Positions 24,775 through 32,089 of a stretch of DNA of 32,089 nucleotides are shown piece after piece. The stretch is from the IMG/VR virus record IMGVR_UViG_3300030397_001062, positions 1 through 32,089 of that record, one strand, 5' to 3'. Positions within the stretch are counted from its first letter, which is position 1. Each line of letters starts with the position of its first letter. The stretch comes from a virus (taxonomy: Duplodnaviria; Caudoviricetes). The position numbers were made by a program, and so were the translations under genes. The notes below the pieces were generated by a model. It did not search any database and was not told where the DNA came from. It was given only the letters and a program-made list of their open reading frames with translations.

Positions 24775-26631
24775 ATGCAAAACAATTTTTCTGTGAAGCC
24801 GGGCCCCGGTCGTTACGCCATGGCGTCGGCTCCACCGGTCGAGATCCTTTCTCCGATCGGCAACGACATCTACAAGCGTCAACACAACGGGTTCGCCATG
24901 ATCCCGTTCGGCAACAATTGTTTTCCTTCCATGGAAAAGAATGCCGTGCCGGTTACTCAATACTCCGTGCTGGGCATTCCGCCGTTCTGGCGAGCCACCA
25001 ACATCCTTTGCGGATTCCTTGGACGGATCCCGGTGGAACTAAAGCGGAAACGCCGCGGCAAGAAGTCGACGGTCGAAACAGGTGACGGTCGTCATTTCCT
25101 GATGTGCAAGAAACCGCATGCCAACTTGCGCGCACGTACATGGAAGCAGACGATGGGCTTGCACTATCAGGTTGCTCCGTCAGGTGCCTTCTCGGAAATC
25201 ATTCGCGACCCCGACACGAATGAACCGGAAGCCATCCTGCCGCTGGATCCCAATCGGGTGGCGTGGGGCGTCGAGGTCGATGCCAACAATCGACCCAAAC
25301 GAATGATCTACCTGTACATCGAACAGGATTTCTTTGGCGTGCCGTTGGGTCCGCCACGCATTATCGACCCGGCCAACATGCTGCACTTCAAAGGTCTGTC
25401 GTACGACGCCGTGATGGGAATCGACAAGATCGATTTGCTGCAACGCAAATTCGGATTGATGCTGGCCCGCACCGAGTATCAACGCAAGTACTACATCGGC
25501 AACGCGCGAATCCGCGGTTTTATCATGGTGCCGCCTGGTATGCAGGAGGTGTTCGGCACGATGATGGAAGTTATCTCTGAGCACATGGCCGCACAGGACA
25601 TGGATCCACTGAAGGCGATTCCGCTTTTTGACAATGCCAAGTTCGAGCGTGCCGACGACACGCCCGAAGATCAACAGTTGATCGAGGCCATGAAGACCGA
25701 CCCGGACACCTGCGGTGTCATCACGGGCGTTCCAGGATTCCTGCTGGGTGCCGACACTCGCGACAGTTACAAGTCGCTGGAGAAAGTCATGTCGTCATTC
25801 TTCACAACAACGGTTCACGACCAGTTCAACGAGTTTGAATCGGAAATGGACGACAAGATGTTGACCGAGGAAGAATTGCGAACCGACGAGCTGGGTTTTC
25901 GATTCGACCGCGGCGAGCTGATGGCCACTGACGTCGCCTCTTTCCACACAATGTTGATCGAGGACCTGCACGGCGGATTGATTGCGTGGGAAGAAGCCCG
26001 CGAAGCGATCGACCGTCACACTGATTCAAGCGATGGCACTTTCTTTGTGCCGCAAAACATCGTGGGCGCCGACCCGACTGACATCACCGGTTTGTCTCAG
26101 GGCAATGGCGATGACAAGGCCACACGGAAGGGGACGGGAGTCAATTGTGCGAAGCACCCCTCCGGGGCCGTCCCGGCAATTGACTCCCGTCCCCGTGATG
26201 CCGCCAACAACTGGGTCGCCGTTTACAACCTGACCGAGTCGACCGTGCGACGTGTCTGCGAACGAATCAGCAACACGGCCGCGAGGGCTTCCAAAAGTGC
26301 GGAGAAGTTTGAGTCGTTTCTGGACCAATTGGTGGAAGATAGCCGGGAACCGAAGCTCGAACAGGAAAACCTGCGCCCGGTTTATGACATCGCGAGAGGA
26401 TTCGGGATGCTGGACCATTTGCCAGGCACCCGGGTTTGCAATGTGTTTTACGATCGCTTGAAAGCGACCGCCGAACACTTGATGACCAAAGACCCCGACC
26501 ACTTCAGAAAACAAGTCGCCACGATTTGTGACGACACATCGAAGGAACTGCTGGTGCAGATTCCCGAACTTGTAACCGGGCACTGCGGTGCCGACGACGA
26601 TAAGGAGACCGATCATGGCGACGACGATTGA
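24775..26631 (+). CDS. HK97-family portal protein with C-terminal extension
   Basis: Position after terL; LPLDPNRV, MLHFKG, GVPGFLLG, EARE motifs. Confidence 0.9.
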   Translation: MQNNFSVKPGPGRYAMASAPPVEILSPIGNDIYKRQHNGFAMIPFGNNCFPSMEKNAVPVTQYSVLGIPPFWRATNILCGFLGRIPVELKRKRRGKKSTVETGDGRHFLMCKKPHANLRARTWKQTMGLHYQVAPSGAFSEIIRDPDTNEPEAILPLDPNRVAWGVEVDANNRPKRMIYLYIEQDFFGVPLGPPRIIDPANMLHFKGLSYDAVMGIDKIDLLQRKFGLMLARTEYQRKYYIGNARIRGFIMVPPGMQEVFGTMMEVISEHMAAQDMDPLKAIPLFDNAKFERADDTPEDQQLIEAMKTDPDTCGVITGVPGFLLGADTRDSYKSLEKVMSSFFTTTVHDQFNEFESEMDDKMLTEEELRTDELGFRFDRGELMATDVASFHTMLIEDLHGGLIAWEEAREAIDRHTDSSDGTFFVPQNIVGADPTDITGLSQGNGDDKATRKGTGVNCAKHPSGAVPAIDSRPRDAANNWVAVYNLTESTVRRVCERISNTAARASKSAEKFESFLDQLVEDSREPKLEQENLRPVYDIARGFGMLDHLPGTRVCNVFYDRLKATAEHLMTKDPDHFRKQVATICDDTSKELLVQIPELVTGHCGADDDKETDHGDDD

Positions 26632-27382
26632 CATTAACGGACCGCTGTACCCGTGGACCGAAAACGATTCCCGTCTTATTGCGGAAAAGGTACAGGAGGC
26701 TGGCACGGATGCCGAACTGGAAGTTCTGGTGCACAGTCCCGGTGGCAGTGTCTGGGAGGGAAAGAAGTTGTTCCAGTTGTTCATGGACCACAAGGGCCCC
26801 GTCAACGGGTACGTCACGCTGGCCGCCTCGGCCGCCAGTTACCTCAGTATGGCGTTTGACAAACTGTTTGTTTATGACTACAGCGAATGGATGGTCCACA
26901 GTGCGTTGACGTGGTTCGATTTCTTTGGCAACGCAAAGGAGTTGGAGATCGAACTTCCAAAACTGCAAAAAGAAGTGATCAACCTGCGAAACGAAGACAA
27001 GGCGCTGGCCAAAATCTACAGCGACCGCGGCAACATTTCGATCGATGATATGACGCGGTACATGGACGAGGAAACCACCTGGTACGGCAAGGACATTCTG
27101 GAAGCCGGGTTTGCGACCGACATTCTGGACACACCTCGTCGCGGTGCCGAAAAGGAGAACCTGGCCAAGTTCGATCTGGGTTGCTACAAGATGCACCGCA
27201 AGTCAGCGTTCCACGAAAAGTACGCCGAGGGGATCGAGCCGATGATGGCATGGGATGTCCAATCGGGCAGCGAAGAAACTGCGGCCGGTCCCGACGTTTC
27301 GTCCGACAAAATCCGCCATGTCGCCGCCAAACGCGCCGCCGCTCGGCAGCGACAAATTGAACTGCGTCAGCGATTGCGGTAG
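26615..27382 (+). CDS. ClpP-like prohead protease
   Basis: AAGGAG RBS; HSPGGSV, LAASAAS (Ser), MVH (His), MDEETTW, GFATDI. Confidence 0.92.
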   Translation: MATTIDINGPLYPWTENDSRLIAEKVQEAGTDAELEVLVHSPGGSVWEGKKLFQLFMDHKGPVNGYVTLAASAASYLSMAFDKLFVYDYSEWMVHSALTWFDFFGNAKELEIELPKLQKEVINLRNEDKALAKIYSDRGNISIDDMTRYMDEETTWYGKDILEAGFATDILDTPRRGAEKENLAKFDLGCYKMHRKSAFHEKYAEGIEPMMAWDVQSGSEETAAGPDVSSDKIRHVAAKRAAARQRQIELRQRLR

Positions 27383-27434
27383 GATAACCGGCGCATTGTA
27401 TTAGCTGAATTGATACTCCAGTGAAACATTGCAT

Positions 27435-27467
27435 GGGACCGGTTCTCCGGAGTCGGTCCCGCTTTTT
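27435..27467 (+). terminator. Intrinsic terminator-like hairpin
   Basis: GGGACCG/CGGTCCC stem followed by GCTTTTT. Confidence 0.6.
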
Positions 27468-27494
27468 CCAAAGGTAACGACTGGGAACACCACA

Positions 27495-27767
27495 ATGCCT
27501 CCAAAAAAGGTCGAGGGTCTGCCCTACGAAAGCTCGGCCCGTGTGCCAGGGTCAAATCGGCCAAGGTCATCCTGGGCGGGCAACCGTTGCGGTTTTGGTC
27601 CGCCAGGATGCTGGCCAGGCTGGAACCAGCGTTTTGATCGGCTGGAGATTCGCCTGCTACCAGAAGAAAAAAAGAAAATCGAGAGGGCCGCAAAAGCCGC
27701 AAATCTCAAGGTATCCGCATGGATGCGCGAAAAACTTGTGAAGGCAGCTGAAAAAGAACTAGGATAG
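27495..27767 (+). CDS. Ribbon-helix-helix DNA-binding protein with a hairpin-encoded N-terminal segment
   Basis: RLEIRLLPEEKKKIERAAKAANLKVSAWMREKL is a typical RHH; the upstream ~40 aa are low-order and overlap hairpin copy 1. Confidence 0.7.
   Translation: MPPKKVEGLPYESSARVPGSNRPRSSWAGNRCGFGPPGCWPGWNQRFDRLEIRLLPEEKKKIERAAKAANLKVSAWMREKLVKAAEKELG
27561..27612 (+). repeat. 52-bp hairpin element, copy 1
   Basis: 49/52 identical to 28057-28108. Confidence 0.95.
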
Positions 27768-28056
27768 ACATTTGTGTTTTGGTAAAAATTGAAAAGCTAA
27801 AGGCCGTTCCGTCGACGCCCGTTCATTAGATCCGGGTTCGCGACATACTAGGACCTCTAGCCAAGTGAGGCTTTCGGGCGCTTTTTTACGACTGGATTAT
27901 TTGTCCTCAGTCGGCAAGGATCCGCCTGCCCCACATGTTGCGGTTCGCCGCGCGCAACGGTCGCGACGTACCTAATCGCCCTTTTTGGGCACTTGTTGAC
28001 AACCGCCGAGCTGGATTGACCGTCAAATCAGAAGCAGCCCGACGGGACGCAAACGT

Positions 28057-28108
28057 CCAAGGTCACCCTGGACGGGCAACCGTTGCGGTTTTGGTCCGCC
28101 AGGGTGCT
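28057..28108 (+). repeat. 52-bp hairpin element, copy 2
   Basis: Direct repeat 496 bp downstream; further enclosed by AAGCAGCC/GGCTGCTT (28032-39/28116-23). Confidence 0.95.
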
Positions 28109-28319
28109 TGGTCACGGCTGCTTGGTCAGCCTTTTCATATTGGCATTGCTGTCTCCTTTCAGCTTGTCATTTTTCCTGGTACTGATTGGCTCGGCCAAAT
28201 CCTCGACGCTTTTGCTTGCCAAATCTTGTTGGTTTCATTGCCTTGGCCACCATTTCCCGGTTTTTGCCGAGCAAATCGCCCTGAATAAATTTGGAAGGAT
28301 AAAGTCGCATTGCGACTTT

Positions 28320-28347
28320 TCTGCGTTCATCTGCGCAATCTGTGGAT
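28320..28347 (-). repeat. Inverted, diverged copy of the CAGATT-triplet repeat
   Basis: Reverse complement reads ATCCACAGATTGCGCAGATGAACGCAGA. Confidence 0.85.
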
Positions 28348-28362
28348 AACTTTTTTCTCCTG

Positions 28363-28390
28363 GAACCGTGGGCTAACGCCCGGCGGCTGA
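28363..28390. repeat. REP-like small palindrome
   Basis: GAACCGTGGGCTAACGCCCGGCGGCTGA with a GGGC-TAAC-GCCC hairpin; resembles planctomycete intergenic REPs from recollection, not verified. Confidence 0.45.
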
Positions 28391-28406
28391 TTAAACCTGC
28401 GTAATC

Positions 28407-28462
28407 AATCCGCCCCTAATCCGGGTGGTTTCACTGAAAAAATCCGCCCCCAATCCGGGTGG
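28407..28462 (+). promoter_or_regulatory. 22-bp direct repeat pair upstream of the capsid promoter (putative operator)
   Basis: AATCCGCCCC(T/C)AATCCGGGTGG at 28407-28 and 28441-62; 21/22 identical. Confidence 0.75.
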
Positions 28463-28473
28463 CACCCACATCG

Positions 28474-28501
28474 TTGACTTCCCCCGACCATCTGACATAA
28501 T
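28474..28501 (+). promoter_or_regulatory. Putative sigma70-type promoter for the capsid unit
   Basis: TTGACT-16 bp-CATAAT with TG extended -10. Confidence 0.6.
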
Positions 28502-28578
28502 TCCCGCATTGGTGATCGCGCGATTGGCCGAGTCCATATCGTAGCCTTCACGTCAAAGCAGATCATGACGGACCCGAG

Positions 28579-28642
28579 AGTCACGTCGACTGTTAGCAGT
28601 ATTTCTCAAACGATACTGCCGGCGGTCGACGTGACTTTTTTT
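28579..28642 (+). terminator. Long terminator-like hairpin in the capsid leader
   Basis: AGTCACGTCGAC/GTCGACGTGACT stem plus GCAGTAT/ATACTGC, ending in T7. Confidence 0.8.
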
Positions 28643-28685
28643 GTGCCCGGCCCCGGCGATTCCAAATCAACGGAGGCCATTGGCC

Positions 28686-30386
28686 ATGACACTTCATTTT
28701 TTGGGCTCGGCCATCGAGTCCGTTTCTCAATACGGCGACTGGGGTCTGTTCGCGATCGTCGCCACCTTGATGCTGTTCGTCGCCGGCACGGTCATGAACA
28801 CCTTGCTGCCCACTGAAGACCTCGAAAAGCAGAAGGCGGAAATTGCCAACGAAATGACCGCCCTGAACCTGCTGGAAAAGGAGGGCGACTACGAGTGGGA
28901 CGACGACGAAAAGAAACGCTACAACGAGCTGGAAAAGAAATTCGACAAGGTTGAATCCAAGCTCGAGCGCTACAAGAAGCAAAACAGCCGGCTTTCCGGC
29001 GGTGGCGGCGGTGGCGGTAACCCGGGCCAGCAACAGAACCAGCCCGGCGCACGTCCTGGACAAAACCAACACGTCGCTGTCGTGCAAGGCCAGCCTGGTG
29101 CCGTTCCCGGCCAACATGGCGCACGCGTCAACACGAAGGAAGGATTCGAAGACGATCCCAAATGCGGATTCCGCAACGCCAACGAATTCTTTCATCACGC
29201 CATGATGTATTCCGAGCGTTGGCAAGGTCGCCGGCACGATTATAAGGACCAGCGGACCGAGTATCTGTCGACCATCAACGCAGCCAGCCGCGCCACCAAA
29301 CAGGCCGGGTTCGATGTGGCCGGTTATATCAACGAGTGTCACGATGGCGGTGACTGTGGTCCGGGTGCTACCGGAAGCACGACCGATTCGACGGGCAGTG
29401 TCTTTGTTCCGGTGGAATTCGCGCCGGACATGTTCAAGACTTCGCCGGACATGATGGCCGACGAACTGGGCACGACCAAGCGGACCAGCGGTGCGCCGAT
29501 GGTCGAGCGAAAGTATCGCGTCGACAAGGATCATCGCGACTCGGTTTCTGGCGGATTTCAGGTTGGGCGCAACTTCGAGCATTGCTGCCTGAAAAGTTCC
29601 GCTGCCAAGCACGGCAAGTACACGATCGCCATGACGCCCGTGTACGGTGCCTACTGTGCCAGCGAAATGATGCTGGAAATGAATCGCGACATGATCATTC
29701 AGGAAGTCGAAGACGGGTTTAATTCCGAATTCGACGCCCAGCGGATTGTCGAGATTCTGAACGCCACCGGCAGCGGCGAATACCGCGGCATCTGGCGTTC
29801 CAAAGCGCTGATTACCCACACGCCCGGCGGTCCCCTGGAAGCCGCCGATATCTGGACCATGACCTCGCGTCTGTGGACTGGACACGGATTGCGGAATCGC
29901 AGCAAGCATGGCAGCGGTATCCTGTGGCTGGCCGGTCTGGATTACCGCAAGGAACTGCGTTCGCTTCAGAACACCGACACCGAGAACCAGACCAACAGTG
30001 TCGTGCTGTACGATCCCAACAAGGGACCGGACTGGGCCAACGGATTGCTGGATGGCAACCCGGTGATCTTCACCGAGTTTGTTCCGCGTTCCGGATACAA
30101 ACACAGTCTCGGTCTGTACAACATGGCCGAGTTCGAGGAATACACCTGGCGACCGATGCGGAACGCCAGTTCGTTGCACGCTCGCTTCATGTGTAACGAA
30201 GCCGTGTTCAAGTTCTGGACTTACACAGGCGGTCAGGATCGCTGGGACAGCACGCTGATTCCAAAATCGGTCGAAGATGGCGACGAGGGCGATGCCTCCG
30301 TTTCGCCGTTTGTCGTGCTGGACGGAAACGCTCACGTCCAACCGAAACTGAATCGTCCGCACAACAAAAAGAAAACTGCCGCCTAA
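28686..30386 (+). CDS. HK97-fold major capsid protein with long N-terminal scaffold (delta) domain
   Basis: GGAGG RBS; coiled coil, G-rich linker, GSVFVPVEF, GLLDGNPVIFTE, C-terminal SPFVVL; position after portal and protease. Confidence 0.88.
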   Translation: MTLHFLGSAIESVSQYGDWGLFAIVATLMLFVAGTVMNTLLPTEDLEKQKAEIANEMTALNLLEKEGDYEWDDDEKKRYNELEKKFDKVESKLERYKKQNSRLSGGGGGGGNPGQQQNQPGARPGQNQHVAVVQGQPGAVPGQHGARVNTKEGFEDDPKCGFRNANEFFHHAMMYSERWQGRRHDYKDQRTEYLSTINAASRATKQAGFDVAGYINECHDGGDCGPGATGSTTDSTGSVFVPVEFAPDMFKTSPDMMADELGTTKRTSGAPMVERKYRVDKDHRDSVSGGFQVGRNFEHCCLKSSAAKHGKYTIAMTPVYGAYCASEMMLEMNRDMIIQEVEDGFNSEFDAQRIVEILNATGSGEYRGIWRSKALITHTPGGPLEAADIWTMTSRLWTGHGLRNRSKHGSGILWLAGLDYRKELRSLQNTDTENQTNSVVLYDPNKGPDWANGLLDGNPVIFTEFVPRSGYKHSLGLYNMAEFEEYTWRPMRNASSLHARFMCNEAVFKFWTYTGGQDRWDSTLIPKSVEDGDEGDASVSPFVVLDGNAHVQPKLNRPHNKKKTAA

Positions 30387-30465
30387 TTGACGGTTGATTG
30401 AAACCGCAATCGACACTGGAGTATCTGAAGCAACCTTTTTCAATTAACCAAAAATGGAGGCGACA

Positions 30466-30948
30466 ATGAGTTGCCGAGAAAAACGCGTAAAAGTCCAGTC
30501 GGTTTCCCATCCGGTGATGGAAGAGCTGACGGGCAACGGTGCCACGGCCGTGCAAATGACCCAATTCGTGGAAGGGGCGCAGGATTTCAATTGCTGGATT
30601 GCCTGGCTGACCGTCACCGGTGAAGCTGCCGCGCCCGCCAACTTGCCGACGGCGTTTCGCATTTATGGCGTGAAGGACAGTGGCTCGCCCGTTCCGATCC
30701 TGATCGTCGACAAATGCTTTGAAAACGCCGATGGTGATGCGCCGACAGACTGGAACGGCAAACTGTTCCTGGAAATCGACGAAACCGACCTCGGCTCCGC
30801 ACTGGGTGATGGTGATGCCAGCGAATTCACGGCGCTGCAGATCGAAATCGTGGCCCCGGCCACCAAGACCTACAACGTCTCGGTGCAGGGTTACAACGCC
30901 GAGTTTGCCAGCGAGGAAAACATCGCCCAGCAATTGACCTACGCGTAG
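30466..30948 (+). CDS. Putative head decoration/accessory protein
   Basis: GGAGG 5 nt before ATG 30466; acidic and beta-rich; directly after the capsid gene. Confidence 0.55.
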   Translation: MSCREKRVKVQSVSHPVMEELTGNGATAVQMTQFVEGAQDFNCWIAWLTVTGEAAAPANLPTAFRIYGVKDSGSPVPILIVDKCFENADGDAPTDWNGKLFLEIDETDLGSALGDGDASEFTALQIEIVAPATKTYNVSVQGYNAEFASEENIAQQLTYA

Positions 30949-30991
30949 GTCGACTGACGAACCAACGGCTTTACGTGACAAGTCGTTACCT

Positions 30992-31045
30992 CCAGCCGCG
31001 CGGATTTGTTTGCCCGCCGGTGTACAGTTCGTGCGGCTGGTTTTT
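30992..31045 (+). terminator. Long intrinsic terminator-like hairpin
   Basis: CCAGCCGCGCGGA/TTCGTGCGGCTGG stem with G-U pairs, followed by T5. Confidence 0.75.
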
Positions 31046-31082
31046 CAACTGTTAGCCTGTTACTGCAAAGCCGACAACAACG

Positions 31083-31832
31083 ATGCTGACACGCAGTTGC
31101 CCGATCCAGCAAACTTCCGAGTTGCGTTATCGCTGTGGCCAGCCGGCGGTTACCGACGATGATCTGGCAGGACAACTGCGGACCGATAAGAAGTTCATCA
31201 CCAACCACCAATGGAATCTGGCCAAGGCCGCCACCGGTTCCGTAGAACGTTACGTAAAGATCGGCCTGGTGCCGCAGGTTCGTGTTCTGCATCAAAACCG
31301 GTTTCCGTGGCGCTACGAACGCCGCCGCCTGGGAAACCGGATTCGTCTGGATTGGCGAGCCGCCTGGAGTCTCGAGCGCTGGCAATCGTTCGTGGCCGCC
31401 GCCGAGGCCGAAACAGCGCCGGATTGGTTGCAGGATTGCCACGCTGCGTTGCTGGACGAAGGTTTCGTCGCTGACCAGCTTCCCATCCTGATCACCTACG
31501 GTGGTTGTTGCAGTGACGATACGTCGACGCTGGACCACGAGGAAATCAAGCTGAAGAACACCGAGCAAGGTGATTTTCTCAGTCACGTCGATTGTTGCTG
31601 GCCTTGTCTGTCGTGTTGTTGCCCTGGTTGCGACGGCGTACAGATCAAATACATCGTCGGTTATCACGACCCGTGCCAGATCCTGAACCTGTATCCGCAG
31701 CTGCACCACAACATCCTTGCCTCGTTTGGCTGGATGCACGAGCAACCGGAACTGCAAAACCAGCAGTACACGCAGGAAGGCTGGGACCGCGTGCTGCGAC
31801 CGCTGCTAAACCAACTCCGCTGGACCATTTAA
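31083..31832 (+). CDS. Head-tail adaptor (HK97 gp6 / SPP1 gp15-like) with Cys-rich insert
   Basis: PAVT...QLR.D, AAT..VERY, VQIKYIVGY, P.L...IL pattern; position in the head module. Confidence 0.7.
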   Translation: MLTRSCPIQQTSELRYRCGQPAVTDDDLAGQLRTDKKFITNHQWNLAKAATGSVERYVKIGLVPQVRVLHQNRFPWRYERRRLGNRIRLDWRAAWSLERWQSFVAAAEAETAPDWLQDCHAALLDEGFVADQLPILITYGGCCSDDTSTLDHEEIKLKNTEQGDFLSHVDCCWPCLSCCCPGCDGVQIKYIVGYHDPCQILNLYPQLHHNILASFGWMHEQPELQNQQYTQEGWDRVLRPLLNQLRWTI

Positions 31833-31853
31833 CCGACCGAAAGGTAACGAACC

Positions 31854-32089
31854 ATGAACAAGCCTCCCGCCACGCCCGGCGAATTGAACGTTTCGGCCAG
31901 CATCTACCAGCAAGTCGTATCGGGTAAGGACGAACACGGCGCGAAGAAATACAAGTACGTGCTGCGTCGTAACGTCTTGCTGAAGGAACAGCGTCAAAAG
32001 TCCTCCAGCGAAGTGCTGGCCCATTCGCCTGAACCAGAATGGAAATCGAATCTGGTCTTGAACTGGTGGGACCAGATCGTGACTGGGAA
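31854..32089 (+). CDS. Head-closure protein (SPP1 gp16-like), 3' truncated
   Basis: ATG after GAAAGGTAACGA; PGELN...IYQ...DEHG N-terminal pattern; open to the window end. Confidence 0.6.
   Translation, partial: MNKPPATPGELNVSASIYQQVVSGKDEHGAKKYKYVLRRNVLLKEQRQKSSSEVLAHSPEPEWKSNLVLNWWDQIVTG

Noticed and set aside
27520-27560. Group II intron ends (GTGTGCC, CCCTAC)
   Set aside because: The order is wrong, and neither domain V nor an intron-encoded protein is present.
27870-27912. Hammerhead ribozyme on the minus strand (CTGAGGA...GAAA)
   Set aside because: No stem II closes between the two core segments.
28020-28070. c-di-GMP-I riboswitch (GGGACGCAAA)
   Set aside because: Lacks the GCAAAC..GAAA P2 arm and the tetraloop receptor; the motif instead folds as a local GGACG/CGTCC hairpin.
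27935-28349. ORFs 27935-28288 and 28083-28349
   Set aside because: No RBS and no domain features; they overlap the structured repeat region.
28593-30443. 616-aa minus-strand ORF and other long antisense ORFs
   Set aside because: These are shadows of well-supported plus-strand genes in GC-rich DNA, with no motifs or RBS.

Overview
The window is a single-orientation (+ strand) segment of a temperate-type tailed phage or prophage with an HK97-like head module. A Planctomycetota host is a soft inference from REP-like elements and protein style. From left to right it has: (1) 1-5084, early/accessory genes, including a 20-aa-repeat LRR-like protein, an NDT-like protein, an HNH-DNA methyltransferase fusion and an HslV/proteasome-beta-like protein, punctuated by a dispersed ~38-bp CAGATT-triplet repeat; (2) 5088-11692, replication/recombination genes: an initiator with an internal 47-bp palindrome, a HerA/DUF87-like ATPase, a RuvC-like resolvase, a histone-like HhH protein and a HAD nucleotidase; (3) 11900-12560, two small genes bounded by integron attC-like complementary core sites; (4) 13040-21588, membrane/exported proteins and a subtilase in the usual lysis position, with no recognisable muramidase; (5) 21644-32089, HNH, TerS, TerL, portal, Clp-type prohead protease, major capsid, adaptor and head-closure genes. 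The least explained features are a 1.3-kb insert between protease and capsid (RHH gene, duplicated covarying hairpin, large structured region), repeated promoter-leader-terminator units in front of late genes, and a capsid protein with an N-terminal transmembrane-like segment. All calls come from reading motifs by eye; no database searches were run.
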